A stretch of 32,000 bases of DNA from Alkalilimnicola ehrlichii MLHE-1 (GCF_000014785.1 NC_008340.1:1230001-1262000), one strand, 5' to 3'; shown: positions 17,564 to 27,819, counted from the first letter of the stretch. Translations and numbers: made by a program. The notes: generated by a model from the letters alone, not told the origin.

Positions 17564-17845
17564 GGAGCCGCCATCGCAACGGAAGCACTCGCCATGTATG
17601 AGGCGGAGGCGAAGGAGAGGCAGAGGTTGTCCCCTGGGCGGCCAGTCGCGAGCGCCGGAAAAGGTCCGGAAATAATTCCGGATGTTTCTGATGATCAGCC
17701 CATCACCACCAGTCAGAAGGCCGCCATCGCAGCCGAGAAGATGGAGCCGCCCAAGCCGTCCCGCTACGAGCAAGAATCCCGCGCCAAGGCCGCCGCAGAC
17801 TTCGGCACCAATCCGCGCTATGTGTCGGATGCGAAGAGGTGGCGC
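17564..17845 (+). pseudogene. Fragment resembling the interior of a ParB/Srx-N-type or plasmid/phage regulatory protein
   Basis: AAIATEALAMYEAEAKERQRL...SRYEQESRAKAAADFGTNPRYVSDAKRW resembles the recalled 'EAEAKERQ...AA..FGVNPRYVSDAK' region; no plausible N-terminus and unrelated low-quality sequence after DAKRW. Confidence 0.45.
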
Positions 17846-18036
17846 AGTGCTAGGCCGCATTCTTGCATGTCATGCAAGGGGCATTCCCCCATGCAAGGCG
17901 TGCCAACATTGAAGTTTCCTATCGGTATTGGCGGTAAACGGCGTTTGTCCTATCGACCTGCGCGGGTGGTCTGGCATCCATCCGCAGAGTGGGGCGGGTT
18001 CTGGCGACCCGGTGGCCGACCGCTGGGTAAAGTGCG

Positions 18037-18090
18037 CTGCACCCAGTTATGCACCTAGCAACCGCCAATGTGCACCCACCTGTGCACCCA
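18037..18090 (+). repeat. Right-end pair of bipartite repeats (candidate arm-type/Xis sites)
   Basis: CTGCACCCAgttATGCACCTA (18037-18057) and GTGCACCCAcctGTGCACCCA (18070-18090), both with 12-bp half-site periodicity as at the left end. Confidence 0.6.
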
Positions 18091-18103
18091 GATAACCCCC
18101 AGA

Positions 18104-18140
18104 CAAACAAAAAGGGCCTAAGCGAATCGCCTAGGCCCTT
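18104..18140 (-). terminator. Rho-independent terminator downstream of intact tRNA-Asn, apparently brought by the element
   Basis: Minus strand: AAGGGCCTA-ggcgattcgct-TAGGCCCTT then TTTGTTTG. Confidence 0.7.
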
Positions 18141-18148
18141 GTTTTGTA

Positions 18149-18224
<76 letters not shown>

Positions 18225-18327
18225 ACTGTGCGTTGCGTTGTGCTGGGCATTGTACTCACGCGCTGCCACCTGTCAAGCCCGTGCCAGAGAAGCCCGGAGC
18301 GGCATAACCGGCGCTCGCCGTCGGGTG

Positions 18328-18666
18328 TCAGCAGAAATCGCGGTTGGGCATTAGCCAGCCGGCAGATGGTCGGTGACCGGCCTGTTCCGCCTCACGGTAG
18401 CGTTGGATGAAGTCGCTCACCAGCGCCTCCAGTGCGGCATCCGGATCCTTCTCATCCTCCAGGTCCACCATGGCGGGTTCGTCCTGTAGCGGGGTCTGTA
18501 TGAAGTGGCTCTGCTCGTAGCCCAACGCATGGTTGTGGATCTCATAGTAGAGCCTGAGCCTCACCGTGGTCGGGATCGAGCCGAGGCGAAAGTCCACCTC
18601 GGCGAGAAGCTCTCTGGCCTCCTCCACAATGGGGTCCTTCAGTGCCTTGACGTTAGCAGCTTGCAT
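18328..18666 (-). CDS. Hypothetical protein (112 aa)
   Basis: MQAANVKALKDPIVEEARELLAEVDFRLGSIPTTVRLRLYYEIHNHALGYEQSHFIQTP...; CGGAGG SD upstream of ATG at 18666 (ORF track start 18786 is less likely). Confidence 0.65.
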   Translation of the reverse strand: MQAANVKALKDPIVEEARELLAEVDFRLGSIPTTVRLRLYYEIHNHALGYEQSHFIQTPLQDEPAMVDLEDEKDPDAALEALVSDFIQRYREAEQAGHRPSAGWLMPNRDFC

Positions 18667-18745
18667 CAGCTTTTCCCTCCGGGAAGCCAGTTTGGGTCGT
18701 TTGTTGCCATCTATCAAAAAATAAAGATGTAAATGCCCCGTGTCT

Positions 18746-18759
18746 TTGCTTTGTATCAA
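18746..18759. promoter_or_regulatory. Candidate FNR/DNR-type box
   Basis: TTGCT-TTGT-ATCAA, 9/10 match to TTGAT-N4-ATCAA, between the divergent hypothetical gene and the Crp/Fnr gene. Confidence 0.4.
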
Positions 18760-18824
18760 ACATAGAACTAAAGTCATAAGTAACAATATTCATAATATAT
18801 GTATCGCACCAAAGCCGGAGGATT

Positions 18825-19535
18825 GTGATGGTGACTACCAATGTCATCAGGTTGCACGAGGATTTGGAGACTAGTCCGCTCTTCTCCGGGCTGGCTGAAC
18901 GCCAGGTCTCCGAGGTTATCTCGCGCGGACACCGCCGTGTGGTACCCGGTGGCGGGACTTTGTTCAACTGCGGCGAGCCGGCAGATCAGTTTTTTCTGGT
19001 GGTCGAGGGTGCCGTGAAGTTGTTTCGCGCCATGAGTAATGGCCACGTGGTCGTCGTCAGGATCATCCGGCCGGGGGAACCCTTCGCCGCCTGCTCGGTC
19101 GTGGGCCGGCCGGACGCGACATACCCGGTGACCGCCCGCGCCTGGATGGATGTGACGGTGCTGGCGTGGTCCCGGGGGACGATGAGTAGCGAACTTCGTC
19201 GGTTACCTACGCTGCAGTACAACCTGCTTCAGCTCGTTAGCCAATACCAGGACCAGACCGTGGACCGCCTTTGTGAGTCCTCTACGCAGCCGGTCGCACA
19301 AAGGCTGGCCCACTGCCTGCTGCGACTCGCTGACCAGGCCTCCATACCCACCACGGATGGTTTGCAGCTGCGTGACCCTTTGACCCGCCAAGAGTTGGCG
19401 GAATTCTGCGGAACGACGCTCCATACCGTCAGCCGCCTGCTGGCGCAATGGGAGCGCGATGGCCTGGTGCGTGTCGGGCGCTGCCGGGTCACGCTCGCAT
19501 CCACGAAACGCTTGCAACTCCTCAGCATGCAGTAA
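18825..19535 (+). CDS. Crp/Fnr family transcriptional regulator, possibly DNR-like
   Basis: cNMP-fold (LFNCGEPADQFFLVVEGAVKLFR) and C-terminal HTH (LTRQELAEFCGTTLHTVSRLLAQWERDGLV); no clustered N-terminal FNR-type cysteines; next to nos genes. Confidence 0.88.
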   Translation: MMVTTNVIRLHEDLETSPLFSGLAERQVSEVISRGHRRVVPGGGTLFNCGEPADQFFLVVEGAVKLFRAMSNGHVVVVRIIRPGEPFAACSVVGRPDATYPVTARAWMDVTVLAWSRGTMSSELRRLPTLQYNLLQLVSQYQDQTVDRLCESSTQPVAQRLAHCLLRLADQASIPTTDGLQLRDPLTRQELAEFCGTTLHTVSRLLAQWERDGLVRVGRCRVTLASTKRLQLLSMQ

Positions 19536-19689
19536 CCAGCCGTCGATTGCACCTGCGACAGATTGTCCCAGGTCAATTTGTTCTCCGGCAAAGACCTTTC
19601 CAGTGTTTAGGCGTTCACTAGGTAACGAGCCGGTGGTAAACAGCGCCGGCTCTATAACGACAACAGCTTTCTGGAGAGGTACACCGGAC

Positions 19690-20007
19690 ATGTTTCGCAA
19701 AATGATTGTATCTGTAGCAGTCGGCGGGGCGCTGCTGGCCTCCGGGGCCGCCGTGGCGGGTGACCCGGAGCGCGGTGAGCAACTCGCGACCACCTGTTTT
19801 GCCTGCCACGGGGCGCAAGGCCGCAACGACTCACCTCAGTACCCGCAGCTGGCGCAGCAGAACGAGGAGTACATCCTCATCCAACTGCAAAACTTCCAGG
19901 ACGGGAGCCGGGAAGACCCGCTGATGTCGCCCCAGGCGGCGCAACTCACTGAGCAGGACAAGAAGGATCTTGCTGCCTATTTCACGGCACAGACGCTTTG
20001 CCCATAA
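19690..20007 (+). CDS. Small periplasmic cytochrome c
   Basis: MFRKMIVSVAVGGALLASGAAVAGDPERGEQLATTCFACHGAQG: signal peptide and CxxCH; start at 19690 within the 19459-20007 ORF. Confidence 0.88.
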   Translation: MFRKMIVSVAVGGALLASGAAVAGDPERGEQLATTCFACHGAQGRNDSPQYPQLAQQNEEYILIQLQNFQDGSREDPLMSPQAAQLTEQDKKDLAAYFTAQTLCP

Positions 20008-20191
20008 GCGGGTCGGCGGTCATTCCTCACACTTCGGGCGAAGGCTGGAAGCCGCGACCGAACACCGCAGCAGAGTTTGTTCACGCACAAAGATAAAGCG
20101 TGCGGTGCGGTGGTGAAGTGGGGGTGCTTGCTGGCCGGCGACCCAATGAAAAGAACCACCACAGGCCGACTGATTACGAGGTACACGAGCG

Positions 20192-20533
20192 ATGGCACAC
20201 CGAATTTTTTTGAGCGCGCTGGTTGGGGTGGCCTTATCCATTCCGATGCTTGTCTCTGCGGAAGAGCTTAAGGGAGATCCCAACCAAGGCATGCTTTTTG
20301 CCGCGACCAGTTGTTACCAATGCCACGGGTTGACGGGCAGTGATCCTGCGTTTGATCGCTACCCTCGACTGATCGGACAGCATGAGAATTACCTGTTTAA
20401 GCAGTTGGTGGCCTTCAGGGAGGGAGATCGGGAACACACGGAAATGACGCCGATTATGGACAGGCCTCAATTCCAGAGGGATCAGGCGCTTAGGGATGTT
20501 GCTGCGTGGTATGCAGCGCAAGGCTGCGAATAG
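20192..20533 (+). CDS. Small periplasmic cytochrome c
   Basis: MAHRIFLSALVGVALSIPMLVSAEELKGDPNQGMLFAATSCYQCHG: signal peptide and CxxCH. Confidence 0.88.
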   Translation: MAHRIFLSALVGVALSIPMLVSAEELKGDPNQGMLFAATSCYQCHGLTGSDPAFDRYPRLIGQHENYLFKQLVAFREGDREHTEMTPIMDRPQFQRDQALRDVAAWYAAQGCE

Positions 20534-20564
20534 CCGTTAGCTTTAGCCTTTTGTGGAGGCCCCA

Positions 20565-22703
20565 GTGATCAATCGGTTTCGCCCGTTTCTGATAATTCTG
20601 TTGACCGCGCTGCTCCTGCTCCCTTTCAGCGGGGCCTGGGCAGCGGACTGGCTGGAAGACCTGTTTCCCGGCGCGGACGAGGTAGGGGAGCCAGAAGGCG
20701 ATCCCCCTGTCATCCCGCTCTTCTCTAATGGTGAGAAGGTGGGCTACGCCTTCGAAACAGTCAACTTCGCGCCAATCGGCGCGTATTCCGGCAAACCGGT
20801 CAACATGCGGGTGGGGCTGGACCTTAACGGCAAGATCACTGGGGCCCAGCTCCTTGATCACTCCGAGCCCATTGTGCTGATCGGTGTTCCGGACTCAAAA
20901 CTGGTGGAGTTTCTGGAGCAGTACGAAGGCCTGCACGTTACCGACCGAGTCCGCGTTGGTGGCCGTGACCGTGAGGGCTATATCGGAGTCGACTCCGTCT
21001 CCAGCGCCACAGTAACGGTGGTGGTGATGGGGGATTCCATCATGCGCTCAGCGCGTATGGTGGCCCGTGAGCGCGGCATTGTTGAAGTGGATACCGCGGC
21101 CCTCCGCGAGCCCGCGACCGTCCGCGAGGATATCTTCGAGCCAGCCACCTGGCAGGAACTGATTGAAATGGGGGCCCTGGGTCATCTCCACATCACCCTG
21201 GGTGACCGGGACGACGCCTTTGTCGGCACCCGCGGCGAGGGGATCGACGAGGCCCCCGAAGAGCGTCGTGACGAGACGCTCATTGAGCTCTTTTATGCCT
21301 ATGTGAACGTGCCCACCGTCGGCCGCAACCTGCTCGGCGATGACGCCTACGAGCGGATGATGGCGCGTCTTGAGGAAGGCGAGCATTTGATCGCCGTTAT
21401 GGCCACCGACGAGAGCAATTATTCGTTCAAGGGGGATGGCTGGGTACGTGGCGGTGTCTTCGACCGCATGCAGATCGTGCAGGGCGACGAGACCGTTCAG
21501 TTCCATGATCGAGACCTGATCCGACTGTACGACGTGGCCATCGACGGGCAACCGCCGCTCGACGAGAAGGAGTTATTTATCGTCCGGCAGGAGGCCATGT
21601 TCGATCCGGCCGAGCCAATCGAGCTGGAGCTGCTGGTGCGCCGCGAGGTGGGGCCCGTCGACCGGATGAACGCCCGGTTCTTCACCACCTACCAGGTGCC
21701 CGAGCATTTCCTGGATATCCCGGAGCCGCCACCCAGCCTGGAAGAGGATGACACGCCCCTGTGGCTGACGGTCTGGGAGGACCGGGTGTTCGGTATCACC
21801 GTGCTCGGCCTCGGCCTGGGGTTACTGACCCTGATCCTGCTGTTCCAAGATGTGTTGGCCCGCCGGCCGCGGCTACTGTACTGGATCCGCCACGGGTTCC
21901 TGGTCTACACGGTCGGGTTCATCGGTTACTACACCCTGGCCCAGTTGTCCGTGGTCAACGTGCTGACCTTCATGAACTCGCTGTTCACGGACTTCCAGTG
22001 GTCCACGTTCCTGATGGACCCCTATATGTTCATCCTCTGGAGCTTCGTGGCAGTGACCGTGCTGCTATGGGGACGTGGGGTCTTCTGTGGCTGGCTCTGC
22101 CCCTTCGGTGCCATGCAGGAGCTGATCAACGAGGTGGCCCGGAAGCTGAGGGTGCCCCAGTTTGAGCTGCCCTTTGCGGTGCATGAGCGACTCTGGGCCT
22201 TGAAATACATCATTTTGCTGGGCCTGTTCGCGGTGTCGCTGCACTCGCTGATCGAGGCCGAGCGGTATGCCGAGATTGAGCCTTTCAAGACCGCGATCTC
22301 TATGCAGTTCATGCGCGAGTGGGCCTTTGTGCTCTACGCGGTAGGGCTCTTGGTAGTCGGGGTCTTCATGCGCAAGGCCTTCTGCCGGTATGTCTGCCCC
22401 CTGGGGGCGGCCCTGGCCATCCCAGCACGGATCCGTCTGTTCGACTGGCTGCGCCGTCACCAGGAGTGCGGCAGCCCCTGCCAGATCTGCGCCAACGAAT
22501 GCGAGGTGCAGGCCATTCACCCGGACGGGCACATCAATGCGAACGAGTGCCACTACTGCCTGGACTGCCAGGTGACGTACTGGAACGACCGAAAGTGCCC
22601 ACCAATGATTGTTGGCCGTAAACGCCGGGAAAAGGCGGCGCGGCAAGCCGAGGGGCGGGCGAATAAAGCCTTCCCTGATCTGAAGAAGCCCCAGGAAGCG
22701 TGA
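20565..22703 (+). CDS. nosR: NosR-type membrane flavo-iron-sulfur protein
   Basis: FMN-binding domain with DSVSSATVTVVV, TM region, CGWLCPFGAMQEL and CRYVCPLGAALAIP, ferredoxin-like CQICANECEVQAIHPDGHINANECHYCLDCQV. GGAGG then GTG at 20565 favoured over 20553. Confidence 0.93.
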   Translation: MINRFRPFLIILLTALLLLPFSGAWAADWLEDLFPGADEVGEPEGDPPVIPLFSNGEKVGYAFETVNFAPIGAYSGKPVNMRVGLDLNGKITGAQLLDHSEPIVLIGVPDSKLVEFLEQYEGLHVTDRVRVGGRDREGYIGVDSVSSATVTVVVMGDSIMRSARMVARERGIVEVDTAALREPATVREDIFEPATWQELIEMGALGHLHITLGDRDDAFVGTRGEGIDEAPEERRDETLIELFYAYVNVPTVGRNLLGDDAYERMMARLEEGEHLIAVMATDESNYSFKGDGWVRGGVFDRMQIVQGDETVQFHDRDLIRLYDVAIDGQPPLDEKELFIVRQEAMFDPAEPIELELLVRREVGPVDRMNARFFTTYQVPEHFLDIPEPPPSLEEDDTPLWLTVWEDRVFGITVLGLGLGLLTLILLFQDVLARRPRLLYWIRHGFLVYTVGFIGYYTLAQLSVVNVLTFMNSLFTDFQWSTFLMDPYMFILWSFVAVTVLLWGRGVFCGWLCPFGAMQELINEVARKLRVPQFELPFAVHERLWALKYIILLGLFAVSLHSLIEAERYAEIEPFKTAISMQFMREWAFVLYAVGLLVVGVFMRKAFCRYVCPLGAALAIPARIRLFDWLRRHQECGSPCQICANECEVQAIHPDGHINANECHYCLDCQVTYWNDRKCPPMIVGRKRREKAARQAEGRANKAFPDLKKPQEA

Positions 22704-22750
22704 TATGCCGGGGGGCGTAAGCGAGTGTTCGATGTAAAGCCGAGAGGGCG

Positions 22751-24679
22751 ATGACAATGAAAGAGATGGACACAAAGACCACCACGGTGGACACCACCAA
22801 CAGTGAGGAATCGGCGGGCCTGCGGAACCCGAGCCGTCGTAAGTTCCTCGGTACCACGGCTGCCGTTGGGGCGGTCAGCGCCGCGGGTGCCGCCGGCACC
22901 GGTGCGCTGGTTCGCTCCGGTGAGGTACAGGCAGCCGACCAATCCATTCTAGAGAAGATCCACGTAGGGCCGGGGGATCTCGACGAGTACTACGGCTTCT
23001 GGAGCGGCGGTCACAACGGCGAGGTTCGGGTTTACGGCGTGCCGTCGATGCGGGAGATCATGCGCATCCCGGTATTCAATGTCTGTTCCGCAACCGGCTA
23101 TGGCATCAGTAACGAGAGCAAGCGGATTCTGGGCGAAAGCTCTAAGTTCCTGAATGGCGACGCCCACCACCCGCATATCAGTTACACCGATGGCAAGCAC
23201 GACGGCCGGTACCTGTTTATCAACGACAAGGCCAATACCCGCGTCGCCCGGGTCCGGCTTGACATCATGAAGACGGACAAGGTGACCACCATCCCGAACG
23301 CCCAGGCGATCCACGGCCTGCGGCTGCAGAAGGCGCCGAAAACCGGCTATGTCTACTGCAACGGTGAGATGATCATTCCGTTGCCCAACGACGGCACCGA
23401 GCTGGAGGATCCCAAGAAGCACTTCTCCGTCTGGTCCGCGTTGGATTCTGAGACCATGGAGGTGGCCTGGCAGGTGCTGGTGGATGGCAACCTGGACAAC
23501 ATGGACTCCAGCTATTGTGGGAAGTACGGGGCATCCACCTGCTACAACTCCGAGCACGGCTTCACGCTTGAGGAGAAGATGCGGGCGGAGCGCGACCATG
23601 TGGTCATCTTCAATATCCCGCGCATCGAGGAGGCCGTCGAGAATGGCGAATACATGACCTTCGGTGACAATGGCGTCCCGGTGGTCGATGGCCGAAAGGG
23701 TTCTCAGCTTACCCGGTACATCCCGGTGCCCCGTAACCCCCACGGCCTGAACGGCTCCACCGACGGCAAGTACTTCATTGCCAACGGCAAGCTGTCGCCC
23801 ACGGTCACCATGATCGACATTTCCCGTTTGGATGACCTGTTCGATGACAAAATCGAGCCGCGGGATGCGGTCGCCGGCGAGCCGGAACTGGGTCTGGGGC
23901 CACTGCATACTACTTTTGACGGGCGCGGCAACGCCTACACTACGCTGTTCATCGACAGCCAGGTGGTCAAGTGGAACATGGAGGATGCGGTCCGCCACTT
24001 CCAGGGCGAGAACGTCAACTACATCCGGCAGAAGTTGAACGTGCACTACCAGCCGGGCCACCTCAAGGCCACGCTGGCCGAATCCAGTGAAGCGGACGGC
24101 AAGTGGTTGTTCTCCCTTAATAAGTTCTCGAAGGACCGCTTCCTTCCCGTGGGGCCGCTGCACCCGGAGAACGATCAGATGATCGACATCTCCGGCGAGG
24201 AGATGAAGCTGGTCCACGATACCCCGACCTTTGCGGAGCCGCATGACTGCGTGGTGGTTCGGCGTGACCAGATCCAGACCAAGCAGATCTGGGAACGCGA
24301 CGATCCCTACTTCGCTGAAACGGTGAAGATGGCGGAGGAGGACGGTGTCACTCTGACCCGTGATAATAAGGTCATCCGTGACGGCAACAAAGTGCGGGTC
24401 TATATGACCCTGATTGCGCCGGAGTTCGGTATGAACCACTTCCGGGTGAAGCAGGGTGACGAGGTGACCGTGGTCTGCACCAACCTCGACATGATCCAGG
24501 ACCTCACCCACGGCTTCTGTGTGTGTGATCATGGGGTCAGTATCGAGGTCAGCCCGCAGCAGACGGCATCGGTGACCTTTACCGCCGACAAGGCCGGGGT
24601 CTACTGGTATTACTGCAACTGGTTCTGCCATGCCATGCACATGGAGATGGCCGGTCGCATGATCGTGGAACCCGCGTAA
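22751..24679 (+). CDS. nosZ: Nitrous-oxide reductase, Tat-exported (clade I-like)
   Basis: [22 protein letters not shown] Tat signal; [13 protein letters not shown]; C-terminal CuA site [23 protein letters not shown]. Confidence 0.96.
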   Translation: MTMKEMDTKTTTVDTTNSEESAGLRNPSRRKFLGTTAAVGAVSAAGAAGTGALVRSGEVQAADQSILEKIHVGPGDLDEYYGFWSGGHNGEVRVYGVPSMREIMRIPVFNVCSATGYGISNESKRILGESSKFLNGDAHHPHISYTDGKHDGRYLFINDKANTRVARVRLDIMKTDKVTTIPNAQAIHGLRLQKAPKTGYVYCNGEMIIPLPNDGTELEDPKKHFSVWSALDSETMEVAWQVLVDGNLDNMDSSYCGKYGASTCYNSEHGFTLEEKMRAERDHVVIFNIPRIEEAVENGEYMTFGDNGVPVVDGRKGSQLTRYIPVPRNPHGLNGSTDGKYFIANGKLSPTVTMIDISRLDDLFDDKIEPRDAVAGEPELGLGPLHTTFDGRGNAYTTLFIDSQVVKWNMEDAVRHFQGENVNYIRQKLNVHYQPGHLKATLAESSEADGKWLFSLNKFSKDRFLPVGPLHPENDQMIDISGEEMKLVHDTPTFAEPHDCVVVRRDQIQTKQIWERDDPYFAETVKMAEEDGVTLTRDNKVIRDGNKVRVYMTLIAPEFGMNHFRVKQGDEVTVVCTNLDMIQDLTHGFCVCDHGVSIEVSPQQTASVTFTADKAGVYWYYCNWFCHAMHMEMAGRMIVEPA

Positions 24680-24734
24680 GGCCGAGCGCTGCCGGACCGG
24701 GCACCGCACCGGTTCGGCAGCCTCTGAGAGACTG

Positions 24735-26063
24735 ATGCGAATGACCTTGAAATCCATCGTTACGCTGATGCTGTTGCTCACCCTCTCCCTGATGAAGGGG
24801 GCCTGGGCCGAGCCAACGTATGTGCAGCCCGGGGGTATGGGTCTGCAGGAGGCCATTGATCAAGCCGAACCTGGCGATACGCTCTCGCTGCGACCCGGGG
24901 TCTATAGAGGCAACTTCCGGATCGATAAACCCTTGACCCTGAAGGGGGATAACGGGGCCATCCTGGATGGCCAAGGGGTCGGTGTCACCCTGTCCATTAT
25001 TGGTGCACCAGATACCCGTGTGGAGGGCCTGATCATCCGCAACAGTGGCATCGATATGACTGAAATGGATGCTGCGATCTTTCTCGACAAGGGCTCCCAC
25101 CGCACAGTTATTACAGGTAACCGGATTCATTCCCGTGCCTTTGGGATATGGGCCGGGGAGAGCGATGAGGTGCTGATTATCGCCAACCGGATCAGCGGTG
25201 ATACCCGTATGCGTTCGGCAGAGCGCGGCGATGGCATCCGCATGTTCCGGCTGACAGACTCGGTCATCATCGCCAACGAGATCTGGGAAGCCCGCGACGG
25301 CATCTATATCGATGTCAGTCATCACAACCGTCTGATTGGCAACGTCCTGCATAATCAGCGGTATGGTATTCATTACATGTTTTCCCACACCAACGATGTG
25401 TTGGTGAACCGAACCTATGATAACCGCATGGGCTACGCCCTGATGATGTCCCGTCACCTCAATGTACAGGGGAATACCTCTATCAGGGATCAGAATTACG
25501 GGATTCTTCTTAATGCGGTCACTTATTCCTATCTCGCAAGGAACCGTTCTCTTGACGTGATGCGGGGCCACCCGCCCGGTACGCCGGATGGGCATGGCGT
25601 TCTTGGCGCCGAGGGCAAAGCCGTTTTTATTTACAACTCGCAACACAACGAATTTGAAGACAACCTGTTCGCCCGTGCGGAGATCGGCGTCCATCTGACA
25701 GCCGGCTCCAACAACAACCACTTTCACGGCAATTCATTCGTCGGGAACCAGCACCAGGTGATGTACGTCGCGAATGTGGAGCAGGAGTGGTCTCACGAGG
25801 GGCGGGGTAACTACTGGAGCGATTACATGGGTTGGGATCTCAGGGGCGATGGCATCGGTGATGTCCCGTATGAGCCCAACGATGCCATGGACGGCATCCT
25901 CTGGAAATACCCTGCCGCCAAGATCCTTTTGAACAGTCCTGCGGTGCAGGTCCTGCGCTGGGTTCAGCGGCAATTCCCGGTGCTTCGCCCCAGTGGCGTG
26001 AAGGACAGCTATCCGCTGATCAGGCCTGCGCATGATTTGAAGCTCCTGGAGGAACTCGGGTGA
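24735..26063 (+). CDS. nosD: NosD periplasmic copper-assembly protein, beta-helix
   Basis: Signal peptide plus repeated parallel beta-helix sequence; position between nosZ and nosF. Confidence 0.92.
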   Translation: MRMTLKSIVTLMLLLTLSLMKGAWAEPTYVQPGGMGLQEAIDQAEPGDTLSLRPGVYRGNFRIDKPLTLKGDNGAILDGQGVGVTLSIIGAPDTRVEGLIIRNSGIDMTEMDAAIFLDKGSHRTVITGNRIHSRAFGIWAGESDEVLIIANRISGDTRMRSAERGDGIRMFRLTDSVIIANEIWEARDGIYIDVSHHNRLIGNVLHNQRYGIHYMFSHTNDVLVNRTYDNRMGYALMMSRHLNVQGNTSIRDQNYGILLNAVTYSYLARNRSLDVMRGHPPGTPDGHGVLGAEGKAVFIYNSQHNEFEDNLFARAEIGVHLTAGSNNNHFHGNSFVGNQHQVMYVANVEQEWSHEGRGNYWSDYMGWDLRGDGIGDVPYEPNDAMDGILWKYPAAKILLNSPAVQVLRWVQRQFPVLRPSGVKDSYPLIRPAHDLKLLEELG

Positions 26064-26986
26064 GCAAAGTAGTCAGTCTAGAGAGCGTCGATAAGCACTT
26101 CGGGTCGGTCCACGCGGTCACCGGTCTCACCCTCGGGCTGGAGGCCGGCGAGGTGCTGGGTTTGATGGGCCACAATGGGGCCGGTAAATCGACCACAATG
26201 AAACTTATCCTGGGCTTGCTGACGCCAACGGCCGGCAGCGTGGAGGTCTTTGGAAAGAGTCCTTCACAAAAGGAGGCGGCGGACCTGCGCGGCAGGATCG
26301 GCTATCTACCGGAGAATGTTTCCTTTTACGAGCAACTGACCGGCCGAGAGGTGCTGCGGTACTTTGCGGATCTGAAGAAGGTGGCCCGTAGCCTGGTCGG
26401 GACACTGCTCGAGCGGGTCGGCCTGGCCCACGCCGCGGACCGAAAGGTGCGGACCTATTCCAAGGGCATGCGTCAGCGGCTGGGCCTGGCGCAGGCGCTT
26501 TTGGGGGACCCGCAGCTACTCCTGATGGATGAGCCCACGGTGGGGCTTGATCCCATCGCGACCCGCGACTTCTACGACATGATGGATGACCTGCGCGGGA
26601 AGGGGGTGAGCATCATTCTCTGCTCTCACGTCCTCCCGGGCATTGAGCGCCATATCGACCGCGCCGCCATCATGGGCCAGGGCAAGCTGCTTGCCCAGGG
26701 CACACTCGATGAACTGCGGCGCCTCGCTGGGTTGCCTCAGACCATCAAGGTCTTTACCCGCACGCCCGACCGGATCCTCGCCCATGCGGAGGGCACCGGA
26801 TTGGAGGGGCGTCGGGTGAACGGGCAGGCCGTCGAGATCGTTACCCACGATGGCCAGAAGGTGGACGTGCTCAGGCACCTGCTGGCCAGTGAGGGCGTGG
26901 ACGACATGGAGTGGCAGCCGGCCTCGCTGGAGCACCTCTACGTGCACTTTGACAAACAAATGGAAGGGAGTGGGGCGCCGCGATGA
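26060..26986 (+). CDS. nosF: NosF ABC transporter ATP-binding protein
   Basis: Walker A MGHNGAGKSTTMK, LRQ/LGLAQALLGDPQLLLMDEPTVGLDP; ATGA-type overlaps with nosD and nosY. Confidence 0.94.
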   Translation: MSKVVSLESVDKHFGSVHAVTGLTLGLEAGEVLGLMGHNGAGKSTTMKLILGLLTPTAGSVEVFGKSPSQKEAADLRGRIGYLPENVSFYEQLTGREVLRYFADLKKVARSLVGTLLERVGLAHAADRKVRTYSKGMRQRLGLAQALLGDPQLLLMDEPTVGLDPIATRDFYDMMDDLRGKGVSIILCSHVLPGIERHIDRAAIMGQGKLLAQGTLDELRRLAGLPQTIKVFTRTPDRILAHAEGTGLEGRRVNGQAVEIVTHDGQKVDVLRHLLASEGVDDMEWQPASLEHLYVHFDKQMEGSGAPR

Positions 26987-27810
26987 ACGCCATTTTCACT
27001 GTTGCCGGCAAGGAGTTTAGAGATGGTCTGAGAAACCGATGGGTGCTAGCCATTACCATCGTCTTTGCGCTCTTTGCGATCGGTCTGGCCTGGTTTGGGG
27101 CGGCGGCGGCCGGTCATGTCGGGTTTACCGGTGTGGCCACCACGATCATCAGCCTGGCCACCCTGGCTGTGTTCCTGATCCCGCTGATCGCGCTGATGCT
27201 CGCCTACGACAGCATCGTCGGGGAAGATCAGCAGGGCACCCTTCTGCTTCTGCTGACCTACCCGTTGTCACGCAGTCAATTGGTCACGGGTAAGTTCCTG
27301 GGCCATGCCAGCATTCTCGGGCTGTCCACGCTGGTGGGGTTCGGGGTTGCGGGTGTGGTCATCGGGCTGCTCGGGGGCGGAGTTGATGCCGGCCAGCTGG
27401 CGGGCGGGTTCGGCATGTTCATTGGCAGTGCGCTGCTGCTGGGCTGGTCCTTCATTGGAATGGCGTACCTGATCAGCGTGATGGTGGGGGACAAGTCCAA
27501 GGCCGCCGGCCTTGCCCTGGTGGTCTGGTTTCTGTTCGTTCTGGTCTATGACCTGGTGCTGCTTGCACTGCTGGTGGGGACCGAGGGGGCCGTCTCTTCG
27601 GTCCTGTTCCAGGTGCTGCTGCTCTTCAACCCCACTGATGTCTTCCGACTGATCAATCTGACCGGTTTTGAGGCGGCAAGGGAGTATGCGGGGCTGACGT
27701 CCGTGGGTGCCGACGCCTATTCGCTCCCCCTGCTGTTTGGTGTTTTGGCGGTTTGGGCGGTTGTGCCCTTTCTCCTGGCGATGTGGCGATTTCGTCACAG
27801 GACTGCTTGA
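26983..27810 (+). CDS. nosY: NosY ABC transporter permease
   Basis: Multiple TM segments; VGEDQQGTLLLLLTYPLSRSQLVTGKFLG; follows nosF. Confidence 0.93.
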   Translation: MNAIFTVAGKEFRDGLRNRWVLAITIVFALFAIGLAWFGAAAAGHVGFTGVATTIISLATLAVFLIPLIALMLAYDSIVGEDQQGTLLLLLTYPLSRSQLVTGKFLGHASILGLSTLVGFGVAGVVIGLLGGGVDAGQLAGGFGMFIGSALLLGWSFIGMAYLISVMVGDKSKAAGLALVVWFLFVLVYDLVLLALLVGTEGAVSSVLFQVLLLFNPTDVFRLINLTGFEAAREYAGLTSVGADAYSLPLLFGVLAVWAVVPFLLAMWRFRHRTA

Positions 27811-27819
27811 GGTTTATAG

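Noticed and set aside
18328-19535. Toxin-antitoxin pair beside the tRNA
   Set aside because: The genes are divergent, one is clearly Crp/Fnr type near nos genes, and the other lacks toxin/antitoxin motifs.
22949-24856. 635-aa minus-strand ORF opposite nosZ
   Set aside because: Antisense shadow ORF of a high-GC conserved gene; translation has no recognisable domain and nosZ coding is unambiguous.
24579-25727. 382-aa minus-strand ORF opposite nosZ end/nosD
   Set aside because: Shadow ORF overlapping two well-supported genes; no coding signature.
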